This document shows positions 23,481 to 32,000 of a DNA stretch of 32,000 nucleotides, one piece after another. Position 1 is the stretch's first letter. The number at the start of each line of letters is the position of its first letter. Position numbers and translations under genes: made by a program. Location of the stretch: NCBI GenBank assembly GCA_017475605.1, contig JAFVFD010000005.1, forward strand, positions 150,001-182,000, in the 5' to 3' direction. The notes beneath the pieces were generated by a model, which worked only from the letters and a program-made list of their open reading frames with translations, ran no database searches and had not been told where the DNA came from. Origin of the DNA: Alphaproteobacteria bacterium (GTDB taxonomy: Bacteria > Pseudomonadota > Alphaproteobacteria > Rs-D84).

Positions 23481-24239
23481 TTATTTGTTTATAACCCGTT
23501 CCAATTTGGAACGCAATTTTTTTATATCATCGTATTTAGTAAACTTGCCACGTTCAGCGATTGAAATATCGCCCGATTCTTCGGACACAACCAAAACGGT
23601 TGCCCCAGATTTTTCAGACAAACCCAATGCCGCACGATGACGCGTGCCATATTTCCAATTAAGATTATTCTGCGACAATGGCAATATTGCACCCGCATAC
23701 GCAATTCTGTCGTGTGAAATTATTACCGCACCATCATGTAATGGTGTTTTATTAAAGAATATTGTTAGCAATAATTCAGATGTGATTTTAGCATCAATCG
23801 CTATACCTTTTTTATCAATCGCACTTTCGTCCAGCGAACTTGGGAACACAATTAATGCCCCGGTATGTTTCTGCGACATATATTCTGTTGCCGCCACAAT
23901 CGCGTCCAGCGATGCCGTATTCTTAGCCGAAACCCCGTCGCGCCCAAACACGCGTCGCCATTCTTCTATATTTCCCATCAATGCTAAAAACTTGCGTAAT
24001 TCTGGCTGAAAAATAACAATCAAACTTATGGAAAGGAACAATGCCATCCAATGGAAAAATCCGCCCAACAAATCCAGGTGTGCCCACGATAAAACAAAAC
24101 TGGCAATCCACAATGCCGCCAATCCCAACAATCCGCGAACCAATTTTTCCGAAGATGTATTTTTTATAAATGTTTTATAGAAAAACCATATCGCAATAAC
24201 AATAATTAAAACCTGGGCCAAATTAATCCATTTAAACAT
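23481..24239 (-). CDS. cdaA: Membrane-anchored diadenylate cyclase (CdaA/DisA_N family)
   Basis: Three N-terminal TM helices plus a DAC domain with HDGAVII and GTRHRAA motifs (TPLHDGAVIISHD..., KYGTRHRAALGLSE...SEESGDISIAERG). Confidence 0.85.
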   Translation of the reverse strand: MFKWINLAQVLIIVIAIWFFYKTFIKNTSSEKLVRGLLGLAALWIASFVLSWAHLDLLGGFFHWMALFLSISLIVIFQPELRKFLALMGNIEEWRRVFGRDGVSAKNTASLDAIVAATEYMSQKHTGALIVFPSSLDESAIDKKGIAIDAKITSELLLTIFFNKTPLHDGAVIISHDRIAYAGAILPLSQNNLNWKYGTRHRAALGLSEKSGATVLVVSEESGDISIAERGKFTKYDDIKKLRSKLERVINK

Positions 24240-24241
24240 TT

Positions 24242-26359
24242 CTATTCCTGTCCTTTCTTTTCATCTGTATTTATATTAAAAACACCGTCTACCAATTCAG
24301 ACATTGGCATATTTAACCACCCTGGATCATCGCGACGCGACGGTGCGCCATGCTTCATTGCTGTTTTACATGGTTCGTCGTCCGCCAACCAATTTTCCAG
24401 CAAATCGCCTGCGACCAACCCCAGTCCTGCACCCGCGACCAAACTTATTCCGCCTGTAAACGGTGCCAACAATAAACCAATACCAGTTGCGGATGCAACC
24501 TTGCCTGCAACCGAAAGTCCACTTACCCTTACATCTGGTTCGGCAAGGTTACCAGTGATTTCAACCGAGTTTACAACATTCCCCGAAAGAGATATTTTAA
24601 GTCCGCGCACCGGCACAGTTGTCAATGCCAGTTTTATTTTTTCACGACCCAAATCTACACTGCCCGCCAATCGCGCATTAATAGCATTTGTTTCAACAGC
24701 TACACCTGTTTCCGTTTCCGCCAGTCCATTACGCAATTTTGTATTAACCGCAACACATGATATTTTTATTTGATCATATTTTTTCTTTGAATTAAATAAA
24801 TCTTGAATACCATGTCGCAACGATGTAAGTGTATCTTTGCCATACATATATGTAACCAAATCAGAATGCGCATACCCAACACCACTTGATTGAACCTGGA
24901 CGGGTCCCGTTATTGTTTTCATAATTTCGGTTAAATTGCGTCCATGTGCCATAACATATGTTTGTAAATTGACCGGCAAATCAGAAATAAAATCATTAAC
25001 ACGAACCTGTTCTAAAATCTTGCCTATATACACGTTTTCGCCGGACAGAGCCGCCTGACCATTTATCATACCATCGGCCATAACATCAAAATCAGATGCT
25101 ATTTTTATATTACCATCTGCCAATACCAGTGATATATCTGCGCGACCATTTTTATCAATTACATTTAATTTCAAATCAATATTTTTTAATGTAAATTCAC
25201 GATAAATATTTAACGACTTTACATTGATATTAAGTTTTAAATTGGTTTTATACAATTCCTGACCAAACAAAGGAATGTCTTGAAACACATTTAAATCACG
25301 TTTTGGGTGTATCCAGTTATGACCATAAAGGTTCGGGAACAACTTTGTTAATCCAACATCACCGGCCTTGATATTTGCGGTTATATTCGGCACAGACTTT
25401 GTCCAATCATATTCACCCGATATATCAAAATTAACACCACGAACCGCGATTGATGATTTACGCAAAGTTATCTTTTTATTACCAAATCCCCCCGCCATAT
25501 TAACCGCCATCGGTGGCAAATCAATCCAATCGCGCCCCAATGCCGCACCAAACGCGGCAAAATCTGGCACATCGCCCTTGATAACAAAATCAATTGGCAA
25601 TTTGCTTTTACCTTCCAGTGCTATGTTCGCAATAAGCGGTGTCCCCCCCGTCGTGAACGCAATACTTAATGGATACACGCGCCGTTCAGAATTGTATTCA
25701 GAAAACGACACAATAAATGGGAATATATCAGTTCCGTTTTTTAGCCACCCCGAATATTCGCGTTTACCATGATGCGACATATAACGTAAACTAAAATTAG
25801 ACACAGAATATTTTTCACCAACCAGATTCGCTTTAAGGTCATATATCTCTATACCCCCCAGCGCGATTTCATTGAACGGGTATTTAGTCGGTGTTTTGGG
25901 TTCTTTCTTCTCGTTCGTTTCATCTGGCCCACTTACATCACCATCGCTTGAAATTTGTGCAACAGAATATTCGCCATTGGCATTTTGCTCTACTGCGATT
26001 TTTATATCATAAACCTTGATATTTTGTATTGTTGGGCGGTTGTGTAACAACGATAACAGATTAAGTGTTACATCAATTTTTTTCGCATTAACACCATATT
26101 TTTCTTTTGCCCAACTGGCATTAGGCACCCGCACATTTGCTAGTTCTATTTGTGGGCGCAATGAAAACTTCCACGACACAGCGCCGTCTATTTCTATTGG
26201 CAATCCGGTCGCATCGCGCATAACATTTAAAATACTGCCCCGCAGAGTTTCAAGATTAACCTGACTTAACGCAATAAACAATGCAACGGCCATTCCACCA
26301 ATGAACAGCCCCAGCAATCGCAATACGGTTAAAATTGTACTCTTTTTCTTACGTGCCAT
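24242..26359 (-). CDS. asmA: AsmA family protein (envelope/outer-membrane biogenesis)
   Basis: 705 aa. It has an N-terminal TM anchor, a long beta-rich body with an AsmA-like N-terminal region, and a Gly-rich hydrophobic C-terminal segment. Confidence 0.65.
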   Translation of the reverse strand: MARKKKSTILTVLRLLGLFIGGMAVALFIALSQVNLETLRGSILNVMRDATGLPIEIDGAVSWKFSLRPQIELANVRVPNASWAKEKYGVNAKKIDVTLNLLSLLHNRPTIQNIKVYDIKIAVEQNANGEYSVAQISSDGDVSGPDETNEKKEPKTPTKYPFNEIALGGIEIYDLKANLVGEKYSVSNFSLRYMSHHGKREYSGWLKNGTDIFPFIVSFSEYNSERRVYPLSIAFTTGGTPLIANIALEGKSKLPIDFVIKGDVPDFAAFGAALGRDWIDLPPMAVNMAGGFGNKKITLRKSSIAVRGVNFDISGEYDWTKSVPNITANIKAGDVGLTKLFPNLYGHNWIHPKRDLNVFQDIPLFGQELYKTNLKLNINVKSLNIYREFTLKNIDLKLNVIDKNGRADISLVLADGNIKIASDFDVMADGMINGQAALSGENVYIGKILEQVRVNDFISDLPVNLQTYVMAHGRNLTEIMKTITGPVQVQSSGVGYAHSDLVTYMYGKDTLTSLRHGIQDLFNSKKKYDQIKISCVAVNTKLRNGLAETETGVAVETNAINARLAGSVDLGREKIKLALTTVPVRGLKISLSGNVVNSVEITGNLAEPDVRVSGLSVAGKVASATGIGLLLAPFTGGISLVAGAGLGLVAGDLLENWLADDEPCKTAMKHGAPSRRDDPGWLNMPMSELVDGVFNINTDEKKGQE

Positions 26360-26368
26360 TTTTATAAC

Positions 26369-27343
26369 TTATTCTGGTAATTGTAATTCCAATAACTTCA
26401 TCACAGGTTGCATAAAGTCTGGAACCCGCGCACAAAAACTTACTATTTTGTTATTTGCCGGGTGGCGAAATGTTAAACGATATGCCAGCAAATGCAAATT
26501 ATTTGTTGCCAACATAGCGTTTATCGCACCATCCATTTTTTTACCACGACCATATATATCATCACCCACAATTGGCGCATCAAGACAAAGCGCGCTATGT
26601 ACACGCAATTGGTGCGTACGGCCAGTTTTTGGTTTAAACAAAACCCACGAAACACAACCAGATGCCGTACCCAAAACTTCGTATTCTGTAACCGCACGTT
26701 GTGGTCGCTGGCCGGTACCATTATTGATTCTGGTTGGGCTATCAAACACCTGACCTTTTAACATGTAATTATCAATTACACCATGTGATTGTTTCACTTC
26801 CCCGTTTAACAAAGCCAAATATTCTTTGTGTGCCACCTTGGATTGGAACTGGGCTGATAATGCCTGGGCTGCGCGTTGACTTTTTGCGACAACCAAAACA
26901 CCACTTGTTTCCCTGTCCAGACGGTGAACCAATGAAACCCGCGCATACGGAAAAAGTGCCGCCGCCATTTTATCAATTGATTTACGAATACCTGTACCAC
27001 CCTGGACCGCCAGACCTGCCGGCTTGTCAAATACAACAATGTCGTTATCGTTGTGAATTATACATTTACGCAATTGTTCCAAGTCAGACAACGAGAACTT
27101 ATCCCCAGACTCTGTCTTTTTAACATTTTCTGTAACATACCCGGAAATAGTTGGTGGAATACGAATTGCATCACCCGCACGTAACACTGGGTTACCATGA
27201 ACACGTGATGAATTAAGCCTTATTTGCCCCCCGCGACAAAGTTTATAAAACTCGGCATTAGGCATTGACGGAAAATGCCGACCGAACCACCGCAAAAGGC
27301 GTGTGCCATCTTCGACTTGTGAAACTGTTTTTACTTCCGCCAT
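26369..27343 (-). CDS. RluA-family 23S rRNA pseudouridine synthase (RluC/RluD-like) with an S4 domain
   Basis: An S4-like N-terminus and the catalytic HRLDRETSGVLVVAKS motif. 324 aa. Confidence 0.85.
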   Translation of the reverse strand: MAEVKTVSQVEDGTRLLRWFGRHFPSMPNAEFYKLCRGGQIRLNSSRVHGNPVLRAGDAIRIPPTISGYVTENVKKTESGDKFSLSDLEQLRKCIIHNDNDIVVFDKPAGLAVQGGTGIRKSIDKMAAALFPYARVSLVHRLDRETSGVLVVAKSQRAAQALSAQFQSKVAHKEYLALLNGEVKQSHGVIDNYMLKGQVFDSPTRINNGTGQRPQRAVTEYEVLGTASGCVSWVLFKPKTGRTHQLRVHSALCLDAPIVGDDIYGRGKKMDGAINAMLATNNLHLLAYRLTFRHPANNKIVSFCARVPDFMQPVMKLLELQLPE

Positions 27344-27366
27344 GGCGGTCCCCGTAAAATAAACTA

Positions 27367-27831
27367 CTAGTCCCCAAAGACAATCTGAACGGAATTATTA
27401 GTCCCGGAATTTTTACAATTCCCTGTTGCCCCACTTTCAGTATGATTTGATGAAATATACCCAACCGAATCGGTCCATGCCTTGGTCGCCAGATATTCAC
27501 AATCAGACATTGGCAAACCATCAATACCGACAATAAATTGACGGGCATTTGACGGGTTAACCGATACCGTATATGCACCGCCATACGGGTTTTTATTAGA
27601 TACACCAATTGCCCCAAAAATCATCGAATTGTCGATATTGGAAAAATCGTCATACCCGCCCAGCAATTGACGTACCTGGGTTACGATTGTAACGACATCT
27701 TCTGTAACCTGAGATTTTTTTTGTGAATTCAATGCCAAACGCAGCAACGAAAATGCCCCGACCGTTATGATACCCATAATGGCCAATACGCCCAACATTT
27801 CAATCATTGAACGTCCTGATTCTTGTTTCAT
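27367..27831 (-). CDS. Type IV pilin/pseudopilin-like protein (class III signal peptide)
   Basis: The ATG at 27831 follows GGGGGA. The short leader is MKQESG|RSMIEMLGVLAIMGIITVGAF, with Glu at +5 and a hydrophobic helix of about 20 aa. The C-terminal part has a Cys pair (SDCEY...GNCKN). 154 aa. Confidence 0.6.
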   Translation of the reverse strand: MKQESGRSMIEMLGVLAIMGIITVGAFSLLRLALNSQKKSQVTEDVVTIVTQVRQLLGGYDDFSNIDNSMIFGAIGVSNKNPYGGAYTVSVNPSNARQFIVGIDGLPMSDCEYLATKAWTDSVGYISSNHTESGATGNCKNSGTNNSVQIVFGD

Positions 27832-27878
27832 TTTATCCCCCATTTGATTTTTCTTTATATTATTCTATCATAAAGATT

Positions 27879-29303
27879 ATGAATATTCAATTTAGAGATT
27901 TAATAGAAAATGCCCCCCGTTCCCCCGGTGTGTACAAGATGTACGATGCGGATGGGAACCTGCTTTATGTGGGCAAGGCGAAAAACCTTATCGCCCGCCT
28001 GAAACAGTATATGGACATATCGAAACTGGAATTACATAAACAGGTTATGCGCACCCTTGTTGCGCGGGTTGATTGGGAAATCGTTCCAACAGAATCAGAT
28101 GCACTTATTCGGGAACAGGAATTGATTAAAACCCTTAAACCGAAATACAATGTTATGTTGACCGATGGGAAAATGTACCCAATGATTGCGTTAACTAATT
28201 CTAAATATCCGCGTCTTATGAAGTTTCGTGGGAAAATATCACAACGACGCGATGTTTTTGGTCCTTATCCATCGGTAACGGCATTAAACGAAACAATCAA
28301 GACTATTCAAAAGGTTTGTAACTTGCGCACATGTACTGATACATTTATGCGAAATCGTGCGCGACCATGTCTGCTTTATCAAATCGGCCGGTGCAGTGCG
28401 CCCTGTTGTATTGAACAAACGGATTATTCCGAACGCGTATCATTGGCACGCCGAATCTTGACCGGCGACAGCGAACCCATTATCGCCGATTTACAAAAAC
28501 AGATGAAAAAATATTCTATCGATATGGACTTTGAAAAAGCCGCAATTGTACGCGATAAAATTGCACAACTTACTGGAACATCAAATCGCGGTATGCGCCG
28601 GAATCATGTACATAGCGCGGTTTTAGATTGGGATAAAAATGTATCTGCGTTGGAAAAATGGCTGGGGTTAAAAATTGAATTGGCGGGGGTATTTGATAAT
28701 TCGCATTTATTCGGAACAAACCCAGTTGGTGCGATGATTGCATTTGGCCATGATGGTTTTGTAAAATCTGGTTATCGCCATTTTAAATTAAATGATAAAT
28801 CACGTGCTGGAAATGATATTGCCATGATGGACGAATTTGTTTCACGCGCCGTTGCGCGTGGTCCAAAAATGGATTTAATAATTGTCGATGGTGGCCCTGC
28901 CCAATGGAACATCGCACACCGCGTTGCACCAAACATACCAATCCTTGGGGTAACCAAGGGAGAAGTTAGAAACGGTGATGAACACTTTATTATGCCGGAC
29001 GGTTCTGTTTATACCGATTTACCCAAGGATTCGCCGCTGTTTTTAATGTTGCGCGCCGTCCGGGACGAGGCACACCGATTCGTTATTACATACCACCGCA
29101 CAACCCGCGCAAAACAAATGACGGCATCTGTCCTGGACGAAATAGACGGCATTGGCCCGAAACGCAAACACCTGTTATTAACCCACTTTGGTTCGGTGCG
29201 TGCCATAATGGATGCAGATATGGACGCGTTACGTCGGGTGCCGGAACTGGGTGATGTGGCGGCAAAAAAAATCTATGCCTATTTTCATTCAGAAGTGTTA
29301 TAA
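27879..29303 (+). CDS. uvrC: Excinuclease ABC subunit C (compact form)
   Basis: GIY-YIG domain (GVYKMYDADGNLLYVGKAKNL), UVR motif (DFEKAAIVRDKIAQL), an endonuclease domain, and a C-terminal (HhH)2 (IDGIGPKRKHLLLTHFGS). The track start at 27807 is a TTG overlapping the divergent pilin gene. Confidence 0.85.
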   Translation: MNIQFRDLIENAPRSPGVYKMYDADGNLLYVGKAKNLIARLKQYMDISKLELHKQVMRTLVARVDWEIVPTESDALIREQELIKTLKPKYNVMLTDGKMYPMIALTNSKYPRLMKFRGKISQRRDVFGPYPSVTALNETIKTIQKVCNLRTCTDTFMRNRARPCLLYQIGRCSAPCCIEQTDYSERVSLARRILTGDSEPIIADLQKQMKKYSIDMDFEKAAIVRDKIAQLTGTSNRGMRRNHVHSAVLDWDKNVSALEKWLGLKIELAGVFDNSHLFGTNPVGAMIAFGHDGFVKSGYRHFKLNDKSRAGNDIAMMDEFVSRAVARGPKMDLIIVDGGPAQWNIAHRVAPNIPILGVTKGEVRNGDEHFIMPDGSVYTDLPKDSPLFLMLRAVRDEAHRFVITYHRTTRAKQMTASVLDEIDGIGPKRKHLLLTHFGSVRAIMDADMDALRRVPELGDVAAKKIYAYFHSEVL

Positions 29304-29350
29304 TTAATCTGTTCATATATAGTGAATTATAAATAAAGGAGAAAAAATAT

Positions 29351-29956
29351 ATGAAGTTCTTTGTTAATTTCTTGTCCGCATTCCGCATTGCTGCGTCGTT
29401 TGCGATTATCCCAACATTGATGTTTCAGATGTATTGGACATCGCTGATATTATTTATATTAGCGGCATTGTCTGATTTCTTTGATGGGTTCCTGGCACGT
29501 AAATACAATGTATGTACTAAACTGGGCGGTGTTATGGATCACATTGGCGACAAATTGTTGGTTGTAAACACATTGATTATGTTAACTGTAATGATGCCGG
29601 TTTGGTTTATTGTTGTACCAGTTATCATTTTGATTGCGCGTGAATTGTATGTAAGTGGCCTGCGCGAATTTCTGGGCACACAAAAAATTGAAATGCCTGT
29701 GCCAAAGGCACGCTTTTCAATGGGCAAGGTAAAGACAACATTTCAAATGATAACAATTGTGGCATTCCTGGGTCTGTTCGCATTAAGCACAAAAATCACC
29801 CCGGAAACAATTTCTAAATCATATTTGATTGCGATGAACCTGTTATCACAAATTGGTATTATTGGTTTGTGGGTGTCGTTGTTGGCATCGGTCTGGTCCG
29901 CAACACAATACACATTTACATTTATTGAAAAATTGAAAAATGTAAAAAAGAAATAA
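29351..29956 (+). CDS. pgsA: CDP-diacylglycerol--glycerol-3-phosphate 3-phosphatidyltransferase
   Basis: CDP-alcohol phosphatidyltransferase motif DFFDGFLARK...GGVMDHIGDK. It is multi-pass and follows uvrC, which is the conserved gene order. Confidence 0.85.
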   Translation: MKFFVNFLSAFRIAASFAIIPTLMFQMYWTSLILFILAALSDFFDGFLARKYNVCTKLGGVMDHIGDKLLVVNTLIMLTVMMPVWFIVVPVIILIARELYVSGLREFLGTQKIEMPVPKARFSMGKVKTTFQMITIVAFLGLFALSTKITPETISKSYLIAMNLLSQIGIIGLWVSLLASVWSATQYTFTFIEKLKNVKKK

Positions 29957-29974
29957 TAAGAAAAGAAAACAACA

Positions 29975-30018
29975 AAAACGCGCTATGTGCACAGAAACCA
30001 GCATATAGCGCGTTTTTT
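29975..30018. terminator. Bidirectional terminator between pgsA and dnaJ
   Basis: Long stem AAAACGCGCTATGTGC / GCATATAGCGCGTTTT with one G-U pair and a 10 nt loop, followed by a T-run. Confidence 0.75.
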
Positions 30019-30024
30019 ATTGTA

Positions 30025-31149
30025 TTAAAACCAACCCTTTTTCGCCGATTTTGTTTCGGAAAATTCGGTCAGAATCTTTTTCTGTTTTTCGGTAAGTTTG
30101 GTTGGAATAGATATTGCAACATCTATATACAAATCGCCGAACGAATCGCGCCGCCCTGTTGGCATACCGTGTCCACGCACACGCAATTTTTCGCCAACCT
30201 GGGTACCTGATGGAACCTTGACTGACAACTTCTTATCGTCAATGGTTTCAACCTCTATTTCACCACCCAGTGCCAATGTTGTAAACGGCACATCAACACG
30301 TGTAATTAAATCGGCACCGTTGCGCACGAATCGTTTGTCCGGGCGCACACGCACATCAAGATAGAAATCCCCTGACGGCGCACCATTCGCGCCCGCTTCG
30401 CCCTGGCCCGCTAATCTTAAACGCGCGCCATCTTCTATTCCCGCTGGAATCTTGACATCAATACTGCGCGATTTATGAACGGCCCCCGTTCCATCGCACG
30501 TGGTACATTTTTTATCGATTTTATGCCCCAGCCCATTACATTCCGGACATGGTGTTTCCATCGCAAAGAACCCCTGGCGCGTGTGGACAACACCCGAACC
30601 GCCACAACGCGAACAGGTCGGTGCCGGCTTGCCGTCTGCGGTGCCATAGCCATGGCATTTTTCACACGTAACCTTACTTGAAAAATTAACAGTATGGGTT
30701 GTACCAAAATACGCATCACGCAGGTCAATTACCACCTGGTCCAACAAATCACGACCCGCACGATTTTGCGCCGCACGCGCACCACCACCCATATCAAAGC
30801 CAAAACCGCGCATCGCTTCGCGTAAAATATCGTCCATTCCGGCGCCACCACCCATATCAAAGTGGAACGCACCGTTCCCAAATGGGTTTCCACCGAATCC
30901 AGCCCCGGCGGATGCACCATTACCCCCTGCGAACGCCGCATCACCGTAACGGTCATATGCTGCACGTTTTTGCGGGTCCTTTAATATATCAAAGGCATTA
31001 TTAACCTCTTTGAACTTTTCTTCGGCAGATTTATCGCCCGGGTTTTTATCCGGATGGTATTTAAGTACCAATTTATGATATGCCCGCTTAATATCGGCAT
31101 CGGTCGCATCGCGCGCGACACCCAAAACTTCGTATGGATTTTTATTCAT
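30025..31149 (-). CDS. dnaJ: Molecular chaperone DnaJ
   Basis: J domain with HPD (YHPDKNPGD), a Gly/Phe-rich region, four CxxCxGxG zinc-finger repeats and a C-terminal substrate-binding domain. 374 aa. Confidence 0.95.
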   Translation of the reverse strand: MNKNPYEVLGVARDATDADIKRAYHKLVLKYHPDKNPGDKSAEEKFKEVNNAFDILKDPQKRAAYDRYGDAAFAGGNGASAGAGFGGNPFGNGAFHFDMGGGAGMDDILREAMRGFGFDMGGGARAAQNRAGRDLLDQVVIDLRDAYFGTTHTVNFSSKVTCEKCHGYGTADGKPAPTCSRCGGSGVVHTRQGFFAMETPCPECNGLGHKIDKKCTTCDGTGAVHKSRSIDVKIPAGIEDGARLRLAGQGEAGANGAPSGDFYLDVRVRPDKRFVRNGADLITRVDVPFTTLALGGEIEVETIDDKKLSVKVPSGTQVGEKLRVRGHGMPTGRRDSFGDLYIDVAISIPTKLTEKQKKILTEFSETKSAKKGWF

Positions 31150-31180
31150 TTTTTATTGTCCGTAATATTACTTGCCATTA

Positions 31181-31209
31181 AATATAGGGCATGCCCACGC
31201 AAAATCAAG
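31181..31209 (-). promoter_or_regulatory. Candidate RpoH (sigma32)-type heat-shock promoter for dnaJ
   Basis: The minus strand reads CTTG (31209-31206), a 17 nt spacer, then CCTATATT (31188-31181). This matches the alphaproteobacterial heat-shock consensus CTTG-N17-CYTATNT. It lies 31 nt upstream of the ATG. Confidence 0.5.
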
Positions 31210-31302
31210 CCCCCGCCCATAACTTTTATGGCGGTATTTTAGCCCAAAACCGTTATTTTTTCGTTTGCACAAAATCAAATAATGCTTAATAATAAGGGCA
31301 CT

Positions 31303-32000
31303 ATGGTTGAAAAGAACACACACACATATGATGCATCAGATATTCAGGTCTTAGAGGGCCTTGAACCCGTCCGTCTGCGCCCAGGTATGTATATTGGGGG
31401 GACGGACGAAAAGGCTTGGCACCATCTTCCTGTCGAAATATTGGACAACTCGATTGACGAGGCGGTGGCGGGTTTTGCAAAAAAAATATCTGTTGATTTG
31501 ATTGACGCTAAAACAATTGAAATTACCGATGACGGTCGTGGTATTCCGGTTGACGAACACCCAAAATACCCCGGTAAATCGGCCCTGGAAGTGATTTTAA
31601 CCACCCTGCATTCTGGGGGCAAGTTTAATAATAATGTTTATAAAACCAGTGGCGGCTTGCATGGTGTTGGTTCCGCGGTCGTGAACGCATTATCGTCGGA
31701 AATGATCGTAACTATTTCGCGCGATGGGTACGAATGGCACCAGACTTTTTCCCGCGGTAAAACAACATCACCAATTACGCGCGGTGCGGCGACAAAGGCG
31801 CATGGAACGAAAATTCGCTTTACCCTGGATGATGAAATATTTGGCGCAAATGCGGTATTCAAACCTATCAAGATTTATCGTATGGCGCGGGCCAAGGCAT
31901 TCCTGTCGCGTGGTGTAAAAATCGATTGGCGGTGCAATCCGGCATTACTTACCGAAGATATGGGTATTCCAGACACCACAACATTTTACTATGCAAATGG
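31303..32000 (+). CDS. parE: Type IIA topoisomerase subunit B, most likely topoisomerase IV ParE (5' part, runs off the window)
   Basis: My own translation gives MVEKNTHTYDASDIQVLEGLEPVRLRPGMYIGGTDEKAWHHLPVEILDNSIDEAVAG...DDGRGIPVDEHPKYPGKSALEVILTTLHSGGKF...SGGLHGVGSAVVNALS...IDWRCNPALL. The GHKL ATPase motifs are present. The GGTD and W.C.P.LL patterns favour ParE over GyrB. It is absent from the ORF track because it has no stop in the window. Confidence 0.75.
   Translation, partial: MVEKNTHTYDASDIQVLEGLEPVRLRPGMYIGGTDEKAWHHLPVEILDNSIDEAVAGFAKKISVDLIDAKTIEITDDGRGIPVDEHPKYPGKSALEVILTTLHSGGKFNNNVYKTSGGLHGVGSAVVNALSSEMIVTISRDGYEWHQTFSRGKTTSPITRGAATKAHGTKIRFTLDDEIFGANAVFKPIKIYRMARAKAFLSRGVKIDWRCNPALLTEDMGIPDTTTFYYAN

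Noticed and set aside
142-29303. Longer N-terminal extensions offered by the ORF track: lepA 1944, paralog 4 at 8693, plsC 16523, RHH 19219, lipoprotein 20417, efp 22153, pilin 27843 and uvrC 27807
   Set aside because: At least three of the extended starts are GTG or TTG codons (lepA 1944, paralog 4 at 8693, uvrC 27807), and none shows a convincing RBS. They add residues not found in the families, overlap a divergent gene or promoter, or bury a signal peptide or lipobox internally. In each case an in-frame ATG with a Shine-Dalgarno-like sequence lies downstream.

Overview
The window looks like chromosomal DNA from a diderm bacterium of moderately low GC content. It is most likely an alphaproteobacterium. 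That inference rests on three things: protein signatures in Tol-Pal, an Omp25/31-like barrel, ParE, LepA and DnaJ; the uvrC-pgsA gene order; and a CTTG-N17-CCTATATT heat-shock-type promoter in front of dnaJ. No database search was possible.

About two thirds of the window is ordinary housekeeping:
- lepA, rbfA and a dedA/yqaA-like gene
- pal
- ftsE-ftsX-DUF218-plsC
- tolB plus an SNase-like nuclease
- fba, efp and dnaN
- a tightly packed pilin-like / rluC-like / asmA / cdaA operon
- uvrC-pgsA, dnaJ and the 5' end of parE

The outstanding feature is a roughly 10.7 kb block on the minus strand (3083-13809). An Omp25/31-type beta-barrel gene is followed by six consecutive paralogous genes.
- Each of the six has its own RBS and a classical Sec signal peptide.
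- The products are Ala/Thr/Ser/Gly-rich, highly repetitive and mosaic.
- They are assembled from short motifs typical of phage tail fibres and receptor-binding proteins.
- Most end in a short module resembling the T4 fibritin foldon.
- No phage morphogenesis, integrase or tail-fibre chaperone genes are present, and both flanks are housekeeping.

I read this as a candidate cell-surface system of trimeric fibres derived from phage tail fibres. Near-identical in-frame repeats within and between the paralogs could drive length or mosaic variation.

Secondary oddities:
- a diadenylate cyclase coupled to asmA
- tolB separated from pal
- an orphan type IV pilin-like gene with Arg at +1
- a small islet (19.0-20.4 kb) with an orphan BrnA-like RHH gene, a VirB2/TrbC-like mini-pilin and a Cys-rich lipoprotein

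I recognised no rRNA, tRNA, CRISPR array, transposase or integrase.
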